In this document: positions 27,660-38,754 of the stretch, piece by piece
Position numbering within the stretch: position 1 is the first letter of the stretch
How the letters are laid out: every line of letters starts with the position of its first letter
NCBI GenBank assembly: GCA_963765205.1
Contig: CAVXVB010000002.1
Span: 64,001-128,000, forward strand
Direction: 5' to 3'
DNA length: 64,000 bases
Source: an uncultured Verrucomicrobiae bacterium
GTDB taxonomy: Bacteria; Verrucomicrobiota; Verrucomicrobiia; Opitutales; JABDGR01
Program-made: the position numbers and the translations under genes
The notes under the pieces: generated by a model
The model's input: the letters and a program-made list of their open reading frames with translations, nothing else
Told to the model about the DNA's origin: nothing
The model's database searches: none

Positions 27660-29513
27660 ATGAGCACCCCCGAACGGCACGCCTTCCAGGCCGAGGTGCG
27701 CCAGCTCCTCGACATCGTCGTCCACGCCCTCTACACCGACCGCGAGATTTTCCTGCGCGAGCTGGTTTCAAACGCCTCCGACGCGCTGGAAAAACTGCGC
27801 CACCTTCAGCTCGCCGGCGAAAAGCCCTTTGACGAGCATCTGCCGCTCGAAATCAACCTCACGACCGACGACACTGCGGGCGTCATCACCCTCCAGGACT
27901 TCGGCGTCGGCATGACGCGCGAGGAGCTGATCGAAAACCTGGGCACCATCGCGCACTCTGGCTCGAAGAAGTTTTTGGAGGCGCTCAAGGAAAAAGGCGG
28001 CGGCGCGGAGAACCTCATCGGCCAGTTCGGCGTCGGTTTTTACAGCGCCTTCATGGTCGCGCAGGAGGTCAAGGTCTTCGCGCGCTCGTGGCAGCCCGAC
28101 GCCGCCGGCGTGGTCTGGACCAGCGACGGCTCCGGCGAATACGCCCTCGAACCCGCCGAGGGCCAGCGCCGCGGCTGCAAAATCGTCCTGCACCTCAAGC
28201 CCGACGCGCGCGAGTTCGCCAAAGCCGACCGTGTGCGCGCGATTTTGGAGCGCTATTCGAATTTCGTCGCCTTCCCGGTCAACCTCAACGGCGAGCGCGT
28301 GAACAAAGTTGAGGCGCTGTGGCTGAAGCAAAAAAAAGACATCACGCCCGAACAATACAAGGAGTTTTACCGTTTTCAGGCTCACCTGCCCGACGAGCCG
28401 CTCGCCTGGCTGCATTTTTCCGCCGACGCCCCGCTCGCGCTCAACGCGCTCCTGTTCGTGCCCGGCCTGAACCCGGAAAAATTCGGCTTTGGCCGCACCC
28501 CGCCCGGCGTCGCGCTCTATTGCCGCAAAGTTTTGATTGACCCCGCGCCGAAGGAACTGCTGCCGGAATGGTTGCGCTTCATCCGCGGTGTGGTGGACAG
28601 CGCCGACCTGCCGCTCAACATCTCGCGCGAAACGATGCAGAACAGCGCGCTGATGCAAAAACTCAACCGCGTGCTCACGAAGCGATTTTTGAAATTCCTC
28701 GATGAACTCGCCGGCAAGGACGCCGCCGCCTACGAAAAAATTTACCACGCGTTCAACCACTATTTCAAGGAAGGCATCGCCGCCGACTTCGAGCACCGCG
28801 CCGCGCTCGCGGGGTTGCTGCGCTTCGAGTCCAGCGCGCAGGCTGCCGGCCAGCTCACGGGTTTCGCCGATTACGTGGCGCGCCAGTCCTCCGGGCAGAA
28901 GGAAATTTATTTTCTCCAGGCCCATGACCGCGCCGCCGCCGAAAGCGGCCCCTACCTCGAAGCCTTCAAGGCCCGCGGCCTCGAAGTCCTGCTCTGCTTC
29001 GAGCCGATTGATGATTTTGTCATGTCGCAACTGGGCGCGTTTCAGGACAAACCCCTTGTCGCCGCCGACCAGGCCGACTTGAAACTGGCCGATTTGCCGG
29101 CGCCCGCCGGCGCGGAACCGCTCTCTCCCGAGGCGCTCGCCGGCTTGTGCGCCTGGCTCAAGGAAATCCTCCGCGAACAAAACGTCGTTTCGGTCGAGGG
29201 CGGCTCGCGCCTGGTGGACAGCCCGGCCATCGCGCTTAATGCCGACGCAGCGGTCAGCTCGAACATGCGTCGCATCCTGCGTGCAATGAAAAACGACGAA
29301 CTGGCCGCGCCGCCGTCGGTCATCCTCCAGGTCAACCCCCGCCATCCGCTCGTGAAAAACCTCGACACGCTGCGCGGGAAAGACGTGGACCTCGCCCGCC
29401 TCGTCGGCGAACAACTTTATGACAATGCGCTGCTGGCCGGCGGCCTGCTGGAAGATTCGCGCCGGCTCGTGCAACGCTCCTACACGCTCCTCGAACGCGT
29501 CTCCCAAAACTGA
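27660..29513 (+). CDS. htpG: Chaperone HtpG (Hsp90)
   Basis: FQAEVRQLL, EIFLRELVSNASDA, IGQFGVGFYSAF, DLPLNISRE. Confidence 0.98.
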   Translation: MSTPERHAFQAEVRQLLDIVVHALYTDREIFLRELVSNASDALEKLRHLQLAGEKPFDEHLPLEINLTTDDTAGVITLQDFGVGMTREELIENLGTIAHSGSKKFLEALKEKGGGAENLIGQFGVGFYSAFMVAQEVKVFARSWQPDAAGVVWTSDGSGEYALEPAEGQRRGCKIVLHLKPDAREFAKADRVRAILERYSNFVAFPVNLNGERVNKVEALWLKQKKDITPEQYKEFYRFQAHLPDEPLAWLHFSADAPLALNALLFVPGLNPEKFGFGRTPPGVALYCRKVLIDPAPKELLPEWLRFIRGVVDSADLPLNISRETMQNSALMQKLNRVLTKRFLKFLDELAGKDAAAYEKIYHAFNHYFKEGIAADFEHRAALAGLLRFESSAQAAGQLTGFADYVARQSSGQKEIYFLQAHDRAAAESGPYLEAFKARGLEVLLCFEPIDDFVMSQLGAFQDKPLVAADQADLKLADLPAPAGAEPLSPEALAGLCAWLKEILREQNVVSVEGGSRLVDSPAIALNADAAVSSNMRRILRAMKNDELAAPPSVILQVNPRHPLVKNLDTLRGKDVDLARLVGEQLYDNALLAGGLLEDSRRLVQRSYTLLERVSQN

Positions 29514-30523
29514 ACCCGCCCACTTCCAGCCGCCTGCTCCTCGCGCGTCCGGGCTATACGCGGTTCCTCGCCCGCGAAGCGGCCGAAGGCGGCCCGCCGC
29601 CCCTCGCGCAAGGGCCGACCTGGGTGCTGGCCGCGCCCGGCCCCGGCGACTTGTGTTTCGCCTATGCCTCGTTCACCGACCCGCACGAAATTTCCGCGAC
29701 CTCGGTGAACGGCGCGGCCAAGGCCATCTTGAATTATTTTTTGGAATCCTGCCGCGGCGAACAATTCACCCAACCCTGGCCGCTCCAGTTTCGCGCGGAT
29801 GAAACCGTGGTCGGACTCAGCCGCCGTGCCATCGCCGTCGAGAAAACCTTCAAGCTCGAGCTGACGAAACGCCTGGCGCGTGTCGCGAAGCTCGCACAGC
29901 CGCGGGCGGAAGATACTTTGGGTGCGCAGCGCGGCCTCTTTGCCTATTGGCGGGATTTCACCCATTGCTGGGTCGCGCGCGACGCCGTGCCCGGCGGCCA
30001 GCGCCGCATGGCCGACGACCCCGCCGCGCCGTCGCGCTCATATTTGAAATTGGAGGAAGCCTACGGCCTGCTTGGCCGCGAACCGCAACCTGGCGAAACC
30101 GTGGTGGACCTCGGCGCGGCGCCCGGCGGCTGGAGTTTCAGCGCCGCCAAGCACGGCGCGAGCGTGCTCGCCCTCGACAACGGCCCGCTCAAAGGCGGCG
30201 CGCTCGGCCATCCGCTCATTCGCCACGAACAAGTGGACGCCTTTCGCTTCGCTCCGCCGCCGGGCCAGACTTTTGACTGGCTGCTTTGCGATGTCGTGGA
30301 CGATCCGGACAAAGTACTCGCCTTGCTCGAACGCTGGGTGGCGCAACGCGCCTGCCGCCGCTTCGTTGTCAATTTGAAATTTGGCCGCACCGACCCGCTG
30401 CCGTTGCTGCACAAGACGGTGGGGCCGGCATCGTCGTTAGCGCGGGCTTGCGTCTCGCTGCGCGCGCGGCATCTTTTCCATGACCGCGAGGAATTCACCC
30501 TCGTCGGAGAATTGCGCGCCTAA
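29510..30523 (+). CDS. rlmM: 23S rRNA C2498 2'-O-methyltransferase RlmM-like; likely CTG start
   Basis: APSRSYLKLEEA, DLGAAPGGWS, DWLLCDVV, NLK, HDREE; frame open upstream to 29510 (LLLARPGY). Confidence 0.8.
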   Translation: MNPPTSSRLLLARPGYTRFLAREAAEGGPPPLAQGPTWVLAAPGPGDLCFAYASFTDPHEISATSVNGAAKAILNYFLESCRGEQFTQPWPLQFRADETVVGLSRRAIAVEKTFKLELTKRLARVAKLAQPRAEDTLGAQRGLFAYWRDFTHCWVARDAVPGGQRRMADDPAAPSRSYLKLEEAYGLLGREPQPGETVVDLGAAPGGWSFSAAKHGASVLALDNGPLKGGALGHPLIRHEQVDAFRFAPPPGQTFDWLLCDVVDDPDKVLALLERWVAQRACRRFVVNLKFGRTDPLPLLHKTVGPASSLARACVSLRARHLFHDREEFTLVGELRA

Positions 30524-30526
30524 ATC

Positions 30527-31339
30527 ATGCCCGCCCCCGCCGCCAAGCCCGCGATGCGCCCCGTGACCGTGTGCGGCTTCAAAGCCGTGGCCGCGGCTTT
30601 TGCGCGCCGGCCCAAATGCATCCAGCGCCTTTTTTTTGACGCCGCCACCGCGCCGAAGACCGGCGAATTCTGCTCCTGGCTCGCCTCGGAACGCCGCATC
30701 TACCGCCAGGTGCCTGCGGAGGAATTGGAGCGCATCGCCGGCACCATCCACCACGGCGGCATCGTCGCCGCGACCGAGCGGCCGCTGCTGCGCGCGCCGC
30801 GTTTCGGCGAATTTGCGGAATGGCAGCGCGCGGGCGAGCCGGTGCTCATCCTCGACCGCATTGGCAACCCGCACAACCTCGGCGCCATCGCGCGCTCCGC
30901 CGCGTTTTTTGGCGTACCGCGCATGATGATCGCGCGCCACCCGCAGCAAGCCCAGCCCAACGACGCCGCGTATCGTGTCGCCGAGGGCGGCCTGGAACAT
31001 GTGCAAATTTTCGAAGTCGCTTCGCTGCCGTTGATTGTCAAACAACTGCGCGAGCGCTTTCTGATCGTCGGCGCGGCCGTGCGCGGCGGCAAAAGCCTCG
31101 ACACCGCGCGCCCTCCGCGCGCCCCCGGCCGGCCCGTCGTGCTCATGCTCGGTAATGAAGAAACCGGCCTCGACCCCAAACTGCAAAGCCTGTGCGAACT
31201 GTTTGTGCGCATCCCCGGCGGCGGTGCGGTCGAGTCTCTCAATGTCAGCGCCGCTGCGGCGATTTTGCTGCACTGGATGATGATTGGCACCCACGACAAA
31301 AAAACCGTGCCGCCGGGCCAACCGCCGCTGACGCGTTAA
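30527..31339 (+). CDS. TrmH/SpoU family RNA methyltransferase
   Basis: NPHNLGAIARSA, LGNEETGL, ESLNVS. Confidence 0.93.
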   Translation: MPAPAAKPAMRPVTVCGFKAVAAAFARRPKCIQRLFFDAATAPKTGEFCSWLASERRIYRQVPAEELERIAGTIHHGGIVAATERPLLRAPRFGEFAEWQRAGEPVLILDRIGNPHNLGAIARSAAFFGVPRMMIARHPQQAQPNDAAYRVAEGGLEHVQIFEVASLPLIVKQLRERFLIVGAAVRGGKSLDTARPPRAPGRPVVLMLGNEETGLDPKLQSLCELFVRIPGGGAVESLNVSAAAAILLHWMMIGTHDKKTVPPGQPPLTR

Positions 31340-31356
31340 CTTTCCTAAATTTTTCC

Positions 31357-33318
31357 ATGTCACTGCCGCTTTCCTATAACGCCGCCGAACTGGGCCAGGC
31401 CGACCGCCTGCACGGTTGTGAATGGCTGGAGACAAACGGCCTCGGCGGGTGGGCCGGCAGCACTATTTCCGGCGCGCACACCCGCCGCTACCACGGCCTG
31501 CTCGTCGCCGCGCTCCATCCGCCGGGCGGGCGCATGGCGCTGCTATCGAAGCTGGAGGAGAACCTGCTCTGCGCCGGCGCAAGTTACGACCTCGGCTGCA
31601 ATCAATATCCCGGCGCGATCGCGCCCTGCGGGTTTCAATACATTGAAAATTTTTCCCTCCTGCCTTTCCCCACCTGGCGTTACCACGCTGGACCGCTGGT
31701 GCTCGAAAAGCAAATCGGCGCGATCCACGGCGAGAACACGACGGTCATTCAATACAAGCTGCTCGAAGCGCCCGGCCCGGTTCAGTTGCTGCTGCGCCCG
31801 CTCGTCTCGGTGCGGGATTACCATAGCCTCCAGCACGCCAATAACAACATCTTGCGCGATGCGCCTTTCGCCGGCGGCATTTTGACTTTACACGCCTATG
31901 ACGGCACGCCGCCGTTTTATATCCACGCGCCCGGCGCTTCCTTCGATTACGCGCCCTATTGGTATTACCACTTTCAATACCGCGAAGAGCAGGCCCGTGG
32001 CCTCGATTTCGACGAAGACCTGTTTAGCCACGGCGTGCTGCGCGTGACGCTCGCGCCCGGCCAGAGCCTCGGCGTCATCGTCTCGCTCGACTTGCCAACC
32101 GGGCGCGAGGGGGCAGCGCTGCTCGCCGCCGAGGCTGCCCGGCGCGAGGCCGTGGTCGCCGCCGCGGGTTTCACTGGCGAAGTCGAACGCCAACTCGTGC
32201 TCGCCGCCGACCAATTCATTGTTCGCCGCGGCGCCAATTTGCATACGATTATCGCGGGCTACCATTGGTTTGGCGATTGGGGGCGCGACACGATGATCGC
32301 GCTGCCCGGCCTGTGCCTCGCCACCAAGCGCTTCGCCGAGGCGCGCGAAATTCTCCGTGCCTTCGCCCAGGCGGAGAGCGAAGGGATGCTGCCCAACAAT
32401 TTCCCCGACGATGGCGGGCCGCCCGCCTACAACACCGCCGACGCCGCGCTCTGGTTTTTCGTCGCCGTGCGCGCCTACCTGCTCGCCACCGGCGACGAAA
32501 AATTTGTGCGCGCGGAGATTCTGCCCGTGCTCGAAGACATCCTCGCCTGGCACGACAAGGGCACGCGCCACCACATCCATTGCGGCGACGACGGCCTGCT
32601 CTTTGCCGGCGAGCCGGGCGTGCAGCTCACCTGGATGGATGCCAAAGTCGGCGACTGGGTCGTGACGCCGCGCATCGGCCAGCCCGTCGAAATCAACGCC
32701 CTCTGGTATAACGCGCTGGTGATTCTTGCCGAGTTGCGCGAGCGCTTTGCCCAGTCCGGCGCGGACGACCTCGCCGCGCGCGCCCTGGCCGTGAAGGACC
32801 GTTTCGTCGAAACTTTTTGGAACAGCAAGGCCGGGTATCTTTACGATGTGGTCAACGGCGTGGACCGGGATCCGTCGTTGCGCCCGAATCAATTGTTCGC
32901 GTTGAGCCTCCCGCACGAACTGCTGCCGCCCAGCCAGGCCCTGCGCGTGCTCAAGGCCGTCGAGCAAAAGCTCCTCACGCCCGTCGGCCTGCGCTCGCTC
33001 GCGCCCGGTTCGCCCGGCTACCGTCCGCGCTACGAAGGGAATGTTCATCAACGTGATGGCGCGTATCACCAAGGCACCGTCTGGGGCTGGCTGCTCGGCC
33101 CGTATATCACCGCGCTCGTGCGCCTGCGCGGCGCTTCCGGTGTCGAACGCGCCCGCGCGCTGGTGGACAACCTCCGCGCGCGCCTCGGCGAAGCCGGCCT
33201 CGGCACGCTCTCTGAAATCTACGATGGCGACCTGCCCAACACCCCGCGCGGCTGCATCGCCCAGGCCTGGAGCGTCGGCGAAATTTTGCGCGTCTGCCGC
33301 GAGGACTTGAGCGAGTAA
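31357..33318 (+). CDS. Amylo-alpha-1,6-glucosidase / glycogen debranching enzyme
   Basis: EWLETNGLGG, TRRYHGLL, AGYHWFGDWGRDTMI, TWMDAK, AYHQGTVW, GCIAQAWS. Confidence 0.95.
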   Translation: MSLPLSYNAAELGQADRLHGCEWLETNGLGGWAGSTISGAHTRRYHGLLVAALHPPGGRMALLSKLEENLLCAGASYDLGCNQYPGAIAPCGFQYIENFSLLPFPTWRYHAGPLVLEKQIGAIHGENTTVIQYKLLEAPGPVQLLLRPLVSVRDYHSLQHANNNILRDAPFAGGILTLHAYDGTPPFYIHAPGASFDYAPYWYYHFQYREEQARGLDFDEDLFSHGVLRVTLAPGQSLGVIVSLDLPTGREGAALLAAEAARREAVVAAAGFTGEVERQLVLAADQFIVRRGANLHTIIAGYHWFGDWGRDTMIALPGLCLATKRFAEAREILRAFAQAESEGMLPNNFPDDGGPPAYNTADAALWFFVAVRAYLLATGDEKFVRAEILPVLEDILAWHDKGTRHHIHCGDDGLLFAGEPGVQLTWMDAKVGDWVVTPRIGQPVEINALWYNALVILAELRERFAQSGADDLAARALAVKDRFVETFWNSKAGYLYDVVNGVDRDPSLRPNQLFALSLPHELLPPSQALRVLKAVEQKLLTPVGLRSLAPGSPGYRPRYEGNVHQRDGAYHQGTVWGWLLGPYITALVRLRGASGVERARALVDNLRARLGEAGLGTLSEIYDGDLPNTPRGCIAQAWSVGEILRVCREDLSE

Positions 33319-33321
33319 CCG

Positions 33322-34323
33322 CTATTTGGCCGCCGTGCGCACCTGCTCGCGCATGGCTGCCTTTAGTTCGTCCAGGCCCTCGCCGCTCAGGCAGGAGATT
33401 TTGAAAACCGCCACTTTTTTGAATTTCTTTTTGAAGCGTTTCAAGTTGTCCGCCGCGGCAGGCTCGTCCATTTTATTGGCGGCGACCATGACGGGCTTTT
33501 TTAACAGTTCGGGGCTGTAGTTTTCCAATTCGTCGAGCAGGTGCTTGTAATCTTCGAGCGGGTCGCGCGCGTCGGTGCCGGCCATGTCGAGCATGATGAG
33601 CAGCAGGCGGCAGCGTTCGACGTGGCGCAAGAATTCGTGGCCCAGACCGCGGTTTTCGCTCGCGCCTTCCACCAGCCCGGGGATGTCCGCCATCGAAATG
33701 CGCTCATACAGCTCGGGATATTCGATGATGCCGACGTTCGCGTGCAGCGTGGTGAAGGGGTAGGGCGCCATTTTTGGGTGCGCCTTGGTGAGGCAATTCG
33801 TCAGCGACGATTTGCCCGCGTTTGGGTAGCCGACCAGGCCCACGTCCGCGATGGTCTTGAGCACGAGGCGGAAATAGCCCTCCTCGCCGGGGATGCCGGG
33901 GGTGGTTTGCCGCGGCGTGCGGTTGGTCGAGCTTTTGAAATGCAAGTTGCCCAGCCCGCCCTTGCCGCCGTGCAAGAGCACGACGCGCTGCTGGTTCTGC
34001 GTCAATTCCGTCACCACGCGGTCCGTCGCCGTGTCGAAGACGATGGTGCCCAACGGCACGCGCACTTCCAAATCCGCACCGGCATGGCCAAAGCAATCGC
34101 GGCCCGTGCCGTCATCGCCGTTGCGCGCACGCAGGTTCGGGCTGTAGCGGAATTGGGCCAGGTCGCCAACGTTTTCGTCGCCGATGAGCACCACGTCGCC
34201 ACCCTTGCCGCCGTCGCCGCCGTCCGGCCCGCCGAAGGGGACAAATTTTTCGCGGCGAAAGCCCGCGCAGCCATTCCCGCCGCGCCCCGCGCTGAAGTTT
34301 ACTTCTGCTTCGTCAACAAACAT
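33322..34323 (-). CDS. obgE: GTPase ObgE/CgtA
   Basis: MFVDE, FRREKFVPFGGPDGGDGGKGG, GYPNAGKS, DIPG, NKMD. Confidence 0.98.
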   Translation of the reverse strand: MFVDEAEVNFSAGRGGNGCAGFRREKFVPFGGPDGGDGGKGGDVVLIGDENVGDLAQFRYSPNLRARNGDDGTGRDCFGHAGADLEVRVPLGTIVFDTATDRVVTELTQNQQRVVLLHGGKGGLGNLHFKSSTNRTPRQTTPGIPGEEGYFRLVLKTIADVGLVGYPNAGKSSLTNCLTKAHPKMAPYPFTTLHANVGIIEYPELYERISMADIPGLVEGASENRGLGHEFLRHVERCRLLLIMLDMAGTDARDPLEDYKHLLDELENYSPELLKKPVMVAANKMDEPAAADNLKRFKKKFKKVAVFKISCLSGEGLDELKAAMREQVRTAAK

Positions 34324-34393
34324 AAGGCAGCATGGACGGGGTTTGCGCGGCACGCAAGGCCGGACGCGTGCGACCTGAAATATTCGGCGCAGC

Positions 34394-34918
34394 TTATTTC
34401 GTCGCGGGGGTTGGCGCTGGCGCAGCCAGTTGCATCATGGTGGCGTCTAGCCAAGCTGAAACAATCTTGAACTGCTCAGGCGTCATGCGGGCGTCGGGAT
34501 GCAGGCGCACATAACTTGGCAGCGGCATCCGGCCATCAAGGATGTCGGTTTCCATGTCACCCAGGATTTTGCGTTTGTATTGCACGACGGTTAGCGTCGT
34601 ACCGCCGCTGAATTCCTTCTGTGTGTGTGGTGGCGGTGCGAGGTCGGCCCATTGCGACAAATTCAATTTCCTTCGCCCGTCCTGCACATGATTCGCAATC
34701 CACCACGACACCGGTGCGACGTAGACATACCATGGCCAGCGCGTCTCATCGGAATGGCAGTCGTAGCAGGAGGCGCGCAGAATCGCCTCGACGTCCGGCG
34801 GAGGCTGCAATTTTTTCGCGGGGTCCACCGGCGGATTGGCGCGGTTCACCGGCATGAATTGCAGGCCGCAAAAAACCGCCAGCAGCGAAAGGACCACGCG
34901 CTTGAGCCATTTTTTCAT
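34394..34918 (-). CDS. Haem-binding domain protein (c-type)
   Basis: SCYDCHSDETRWPWY..VAPVSW..GRRKLN, MPLPSY. Confidence 0.88.
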   Translation of the reverse strand: MKKWLKRVVLSLLAVFCGLQFMPVNRANPPVDPAKKLQPPPDVEAILRASCYDCHSDETRWPWYVYVAPVSWWIANHVQDGRRKLNLSQWADLAPPPHTQKEFSGGTTLTVVQYKRKILGDMETDILDGRMPLPSYVRLHPDARMTPEQFKIVSAWLDATMMQLAAPAPTPATK

Positions 34919-34946
34919 CGAGCCGAAAATCGGGATCGCGGTTCCA

Positions 34947-35336
34947 TTAAGTCAACATCGGCGCGGCGCGCTTGATGAGTTGCAGGGCGACGTGCCACGG
35001 GTCGCGCAGCATGACGAGTTGGTCGCCGACGGGCGTCATCACCAGGTCATCCGCCACGCGCGCCCCGGCGGCGACGAGGCGGTCGCGGTCGGCGGTGGGG
35101 TTGTCGGACAAAAACGCCAGATGCAACAGCAACGGGTCCAACGCGGCGTAATCGGGCACGGCGACGCGCGGGTTGCGATAAAGCTCAATCATCACCGCGC
35201 CTGCACTGTCCTTGAGAAACCGCATGTGCGCCGGTTCGCCACCCGCCCGTGCCAGCGAGCAGCCAAGGTGCTTGATATACCAATCCGCCATCGCTACCGG
35301 GTCGGCGACTTGAATTGCGAAATGCTCAATTTTCAT
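34947..35336 (-). CDS. VOC/glyoxalase family protein
   Basis: IEHFAIQV.DP, LHLAF, MLRDPW. Confidence 0.88.
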   Translation of the reverse strand: MKIEHFAIQVADPVAMADWYIKHLGCSLARAGGEPAHMRFLKDSAGAVMIELYRNPRVAVPDYAALDPLLLHLAFLSDNPTADRDRLVAAGARVADDLVMTPVGDQLVMLRDPWHVALQLIKRAAPMLT

Positions 35337-35347
35337 GGGGGGAATTT

Positions 35348-36094
35348 TCAACCCCGGCCCACCAAAGGCATCTTGGTGGCCATGATGGTGGTGAAGGGAA
35401 TGTTGGCCTCAAGCGGCAAACTGGCCAGGTGGAGGACGGTGCTCACGACGTGCCGCGCATCCATCATCGGCTCGGCGAGAATCGAGCCGTCGGCCTGCTT
35501 GACGCCCCGGCCTTGTTTGGCGGAAAGGTCGGTCAAGGCGTTGCCAATGTCAATCTGCGCGCAGGCGATGTCGTATTGGCGCCCGTCGAGGGATAGGCAT
35601 TTGGTCAGCCCGGTGAGGCCGCACTTGCTTGCCGTGTAAGGGGCGTAATCGGGCCGCGGCGCCTGGGCGGAAACGGAGCCGTTGTTGATGATCCGCCCGC
35701 CGCGCGGATCCTGGTCTTTCATCAGCCGGAAGGCCTCCTGCGCGCTCAGAAAGGCACCCGTGAGGTTGGTGTTGATCGTGTCCGTCCATTGCGCGTAGGT
35801 CAGGTTTTCAAACGGAATGTAGGCGGCGGGGTTGATGCCGGCGTTGTTGAACAGCAGATCGAGGCGGCTGAAAACCGCTTTTGTCCGCGCGAAGAGGGCG
35901 CGCACGGAGTCCGGCTGCGTCACGTCAGTGGGCACGGCCAGCGCGCGGGCGCCGGCACCCGATTCAGCGGCGGCCTGCTCGAGCAACGAGGCGCGCCGCC
36001 CGGCCAGCGCCACGCCGTAGCCCTCCCGCAACAAGGCGAGCGCGACGGCCCGCCCGATGCCGCTGCCCGCTCCTGTAACGATGGCGATTTTCAT
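35348..36094 (-). CDS. SDR family oxidoreductase
   Basis: [17 protein letters not shown]. Confidence 0.95.
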   Translation of the reverse strand: MKIAIVTGAGSGIGRAVALALLREGYGVALAGRRASLLEQAAAESGAGARALAVPTDVTQPDSVRALFARTKAVFSRLDLLFNNAGINPAAYIPFENLTYAQWTDTINTNLTGAFLSAQEAFRLMKDQDPRGGRIINNGSVSAQAPRPDYAPYTASKCGLTGLTKCLSLDGRQYDIACAQIDIGNALTDLSAKQGRGVKQADGSILAEPMMDARHVVSTVLHLASLPLEANIPFTTIMATKMPLVGRG

Positions 36095-36166
36095 GGGTAA
36101 AGTAAAACTCCTCCGCAGTTCGCCACAAAGGCGCAAAGAACGCAAAGGGAATTAGAATATGTGTTC

Positions 36167-37967
36167 TTACTGAGGTTTTGTATTAATATCAGCACCCGGC
36201 CAATCGCCGCGGAGCCAGTCGGCGAGGAGGCCGAGGTCGTGCGCGCTGAGGCGGCCGGAGGCGCCGAAGGCGGGCATGCGGTCGTTGTCCTTGCCGTAAA
36301 AGCGCGGGTCGGCGGGGTTGGTGAGGAAGGCGACGAGCCAGTCGTGCGAGCCGTAGCCGGTCAAATCGGGCGCAGTCGCATTGGGGTCGGGTTGGTGGAA
36401 TTGGTGGCAGTCCATACAGGAAATTTCGGCGTTGAGCAAAGGGCGGCCGATGGCGATAGTCGCCGCGTCCGCCTGGTCGGCAGCCTTCTGTGCGGGTAGA
36501 TGCGCTTCGGCGGAAACCGCCATGATGACTTTGTCGAGCTGCGCCTTTTGGCCAGCCGGCAAATCCGTGAGATGGTCATGCACGAATCCCACCATGTCGG
36601 CGTCCTTGAATTTCGTGCCGCCGAAATAATGCAGACTGGCGACCGTCGCCGGGTTCAGCAGCCCGCGGAGCCACGCGCGGCTGGCGAAGCCTTTCAAGTC
36701 GCTGGCGGTTTCCTTGGTATCATCGAGCTTATTGCCCAGACCATCTGTGCCACCGTAGCGGTGGCAACTCGCGCAATTCTGGGCGAACAACTTCGGCCCC
36801 TGGGTGAAGGGATCGTCCGCCAGCAGCGCGAGCGCGCCCTCAGGTGGAATGCCGCCGTTGTTTTGCGTGAGAAATTGCACCCGCGCAGCCGCCTGGTCGG
36901 CCTGCTCGACGGCGACCTGGTAACGCTCGCTGTGCGCGTCTTCGTTCACGGCCAGCCAGGTCAACATTCCCGCGCCGGCGAGCAGCGAGCAGATCAGGCC
37001 GACGTTGAAACGATGTCCGAGCTTCCAGCGGGCCGAGAAACGGCATCAAGAACAAAAAGCCGACGATCAGCACGGGAATGATGATCGCGCCCCAGATTTC
37101 CGTCTGGCCGGGGAAGTATTTCAGAAATTGGTATAAAAATAGAAAATACCATTCCGGGCGCGCGGCGTCGTAAGGCTCGGCGGAGTTGGCCGGCGCGCCC
37201 AGTTCCGCGCCGTGGTAGCGCAGCACGAAAAACAGCACCGTCGCCAGCACCGCCAGGCAGGCCACCGCGTCCTTGAGTACTTGGTCCGGCCAGAACGCCG
37301 CATCCACTTTTTTCAACGGCGTTTTCGGGGTGATGCCATGGCGGCGGAAAAGGTAAATATGCCCGACAATCAGCACCATGATCAACCCCGGCAGGACGCC
37401 GGCGTGGAAGGCCAGGAAGCGCGTCAAGGTCGGCGTGCCAAAATCGCCCCCGCCGACGGCGAGCCGCTGCACCGCCGGCCCGACGACCGGAATGATGCCT
37501 GCGATGTTCGTCACCACCCGCGTCGCCCAATAGCCCTTTTGATCCCACGGCAGCAGGTAGCCTGTCAGCGAAAGCCCGAGCACCAGCAGCAGCAAAACCA
37601 GCCCCGTCCACCAATTCAATTCGCGCGGCGCCTTGTAGGCTCCGTCAATCAATACTTGCATCAAATGCAGCACCAGCAGCACGATCATGGCCTGCGCAGT
37701 GAAATGATGCAGCCCGCGCACAAACCAACCTAGGAACATGTCATTCTGGATGTAATCAACGCTCTCCCACGAGGTCTGCGAACTTGCGCTGTAGGTGAAC
37801 CACAGAAACACGCCGGTGACGAGCTGGATGAAAAGCGCGAAGGTCAGCGTGCTGCCCCAGGCGTAGCGCCAGCGCGCCCCGCCGGGCACGTTTTCGTAAA
37901 GCGCCTCGTGCGTGATTTTGCGGTAGCCCGTGCGCTGGTCGAGCCAGTTCAGAAAGGGTTGGATCAT
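36167..37967 (-). pseudogene. Cytochrome b fused to di-haem cytochrome c (bc complex); one-base frameshift near 37031
   Basis: Cyt b motifs (RGLHH, TGYLLPWDQ, PEWY) then CASCH and CMDCH; removing one base gives FLGRWKLGHRFNV read-through. May be an intact gene with a sequencing error. Confidence 0.85.
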
Positions 37968-38551
37968 GCGCCGAGGGGCACTTTGGCAGCGGCGCCCGCT
38001 TGAAAGTTTTGGTAATGCACCCAGACTTCATTGCCGTTTTGGATGAAGCACTCCAGTTCGTCAAGTCCGCGCGAGGCGGGGCTGCCGGCCCGGGCGATTT
38101 GCCCATCGAGCTGGAACGAACTGTTATGGCAGGGGCAAAAATAACCGGGGCTGGGCGGCGTGTAATCGGGGATTTGCGACACGTATTCCACAAAGCACCC
38201 GGCGTGCGGGCAAGCGACATTGAAGGCCTTGACCGGCGGCTGCGCGCCTCTGGTGCGGATGAGGAACACCGCGCCGATGGCCGTTTCCGGCGTTTTGGTC
38301 CAGCCATTGACCTGGCTGGCGAGAACTTTGAATTGGCGCGGCACACCGTCGTCCGGCAAGGCATCGAGCGTTGTCACCTTCACCTTGATCCCCGCGGTGC
38401 CGCCAGGCTGGGCGCGCAGCAACGGATCCAGATAAAAACCCACGCCCGCCGCCACTGGCACCGCGGTCAAAGCCCCGCCGAGGGCCACGCAACAGGCCTT
38501 TTTGAGGAAATCCCGCCGGTCGGACGGGTTAGGTTTTGGAGAGGCATGCAT
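37964..38551 (-). CDS. Rieske 2Fe-2S protein with Tat signal
   Basis: DRRDFLKK, CPHAGC, CPCHNS; ATGA-coupled to cyt b. Confidence 0.95.
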   Translation of the reverse strand: MHASPKPNPSDRRDFLKKACCVALGGALTAVPVAAGVGFYLDPLLRAQPGGTAGIKVKVTTLDALPDDGVPRQFKVLASQVNGWTKTPETAIGAVFLIRTRGAQPPVKAFNVACPHAGCFVEYVSQIPDYTPPSPGYFCPCHNSSFQLDGQIARAGSPASRGLDELECFIQNGNEVWVHYQNFQAGAAAKVPLGA

Positions 38552-38754
38552 TACTCAGATGGAGGATGAATCACCCATCTAAAAAAAATGTCCGCGTCAA
38601 GGCAATGACGAATGCCTGTCTGCCCCCTATTAATTGTAGGCCCGGGCTTAAGCGTAAGCGCGGCCCACGCGGCGCTCTGCCGCCGGAAGTTAATATATTG
38701 TTGCCGACACTCGTATCTTACTCCTTGCACGGAGTCGGCTGTTGGGCGCCGTTT

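Noticed and set aside
27768..29507. Long antisense ORFs (also 4400-5695, 44254-45552, 46812-48212, 62362-63555)
   Set aside because: Shadow frames of well-supported genes in high-GC DNA
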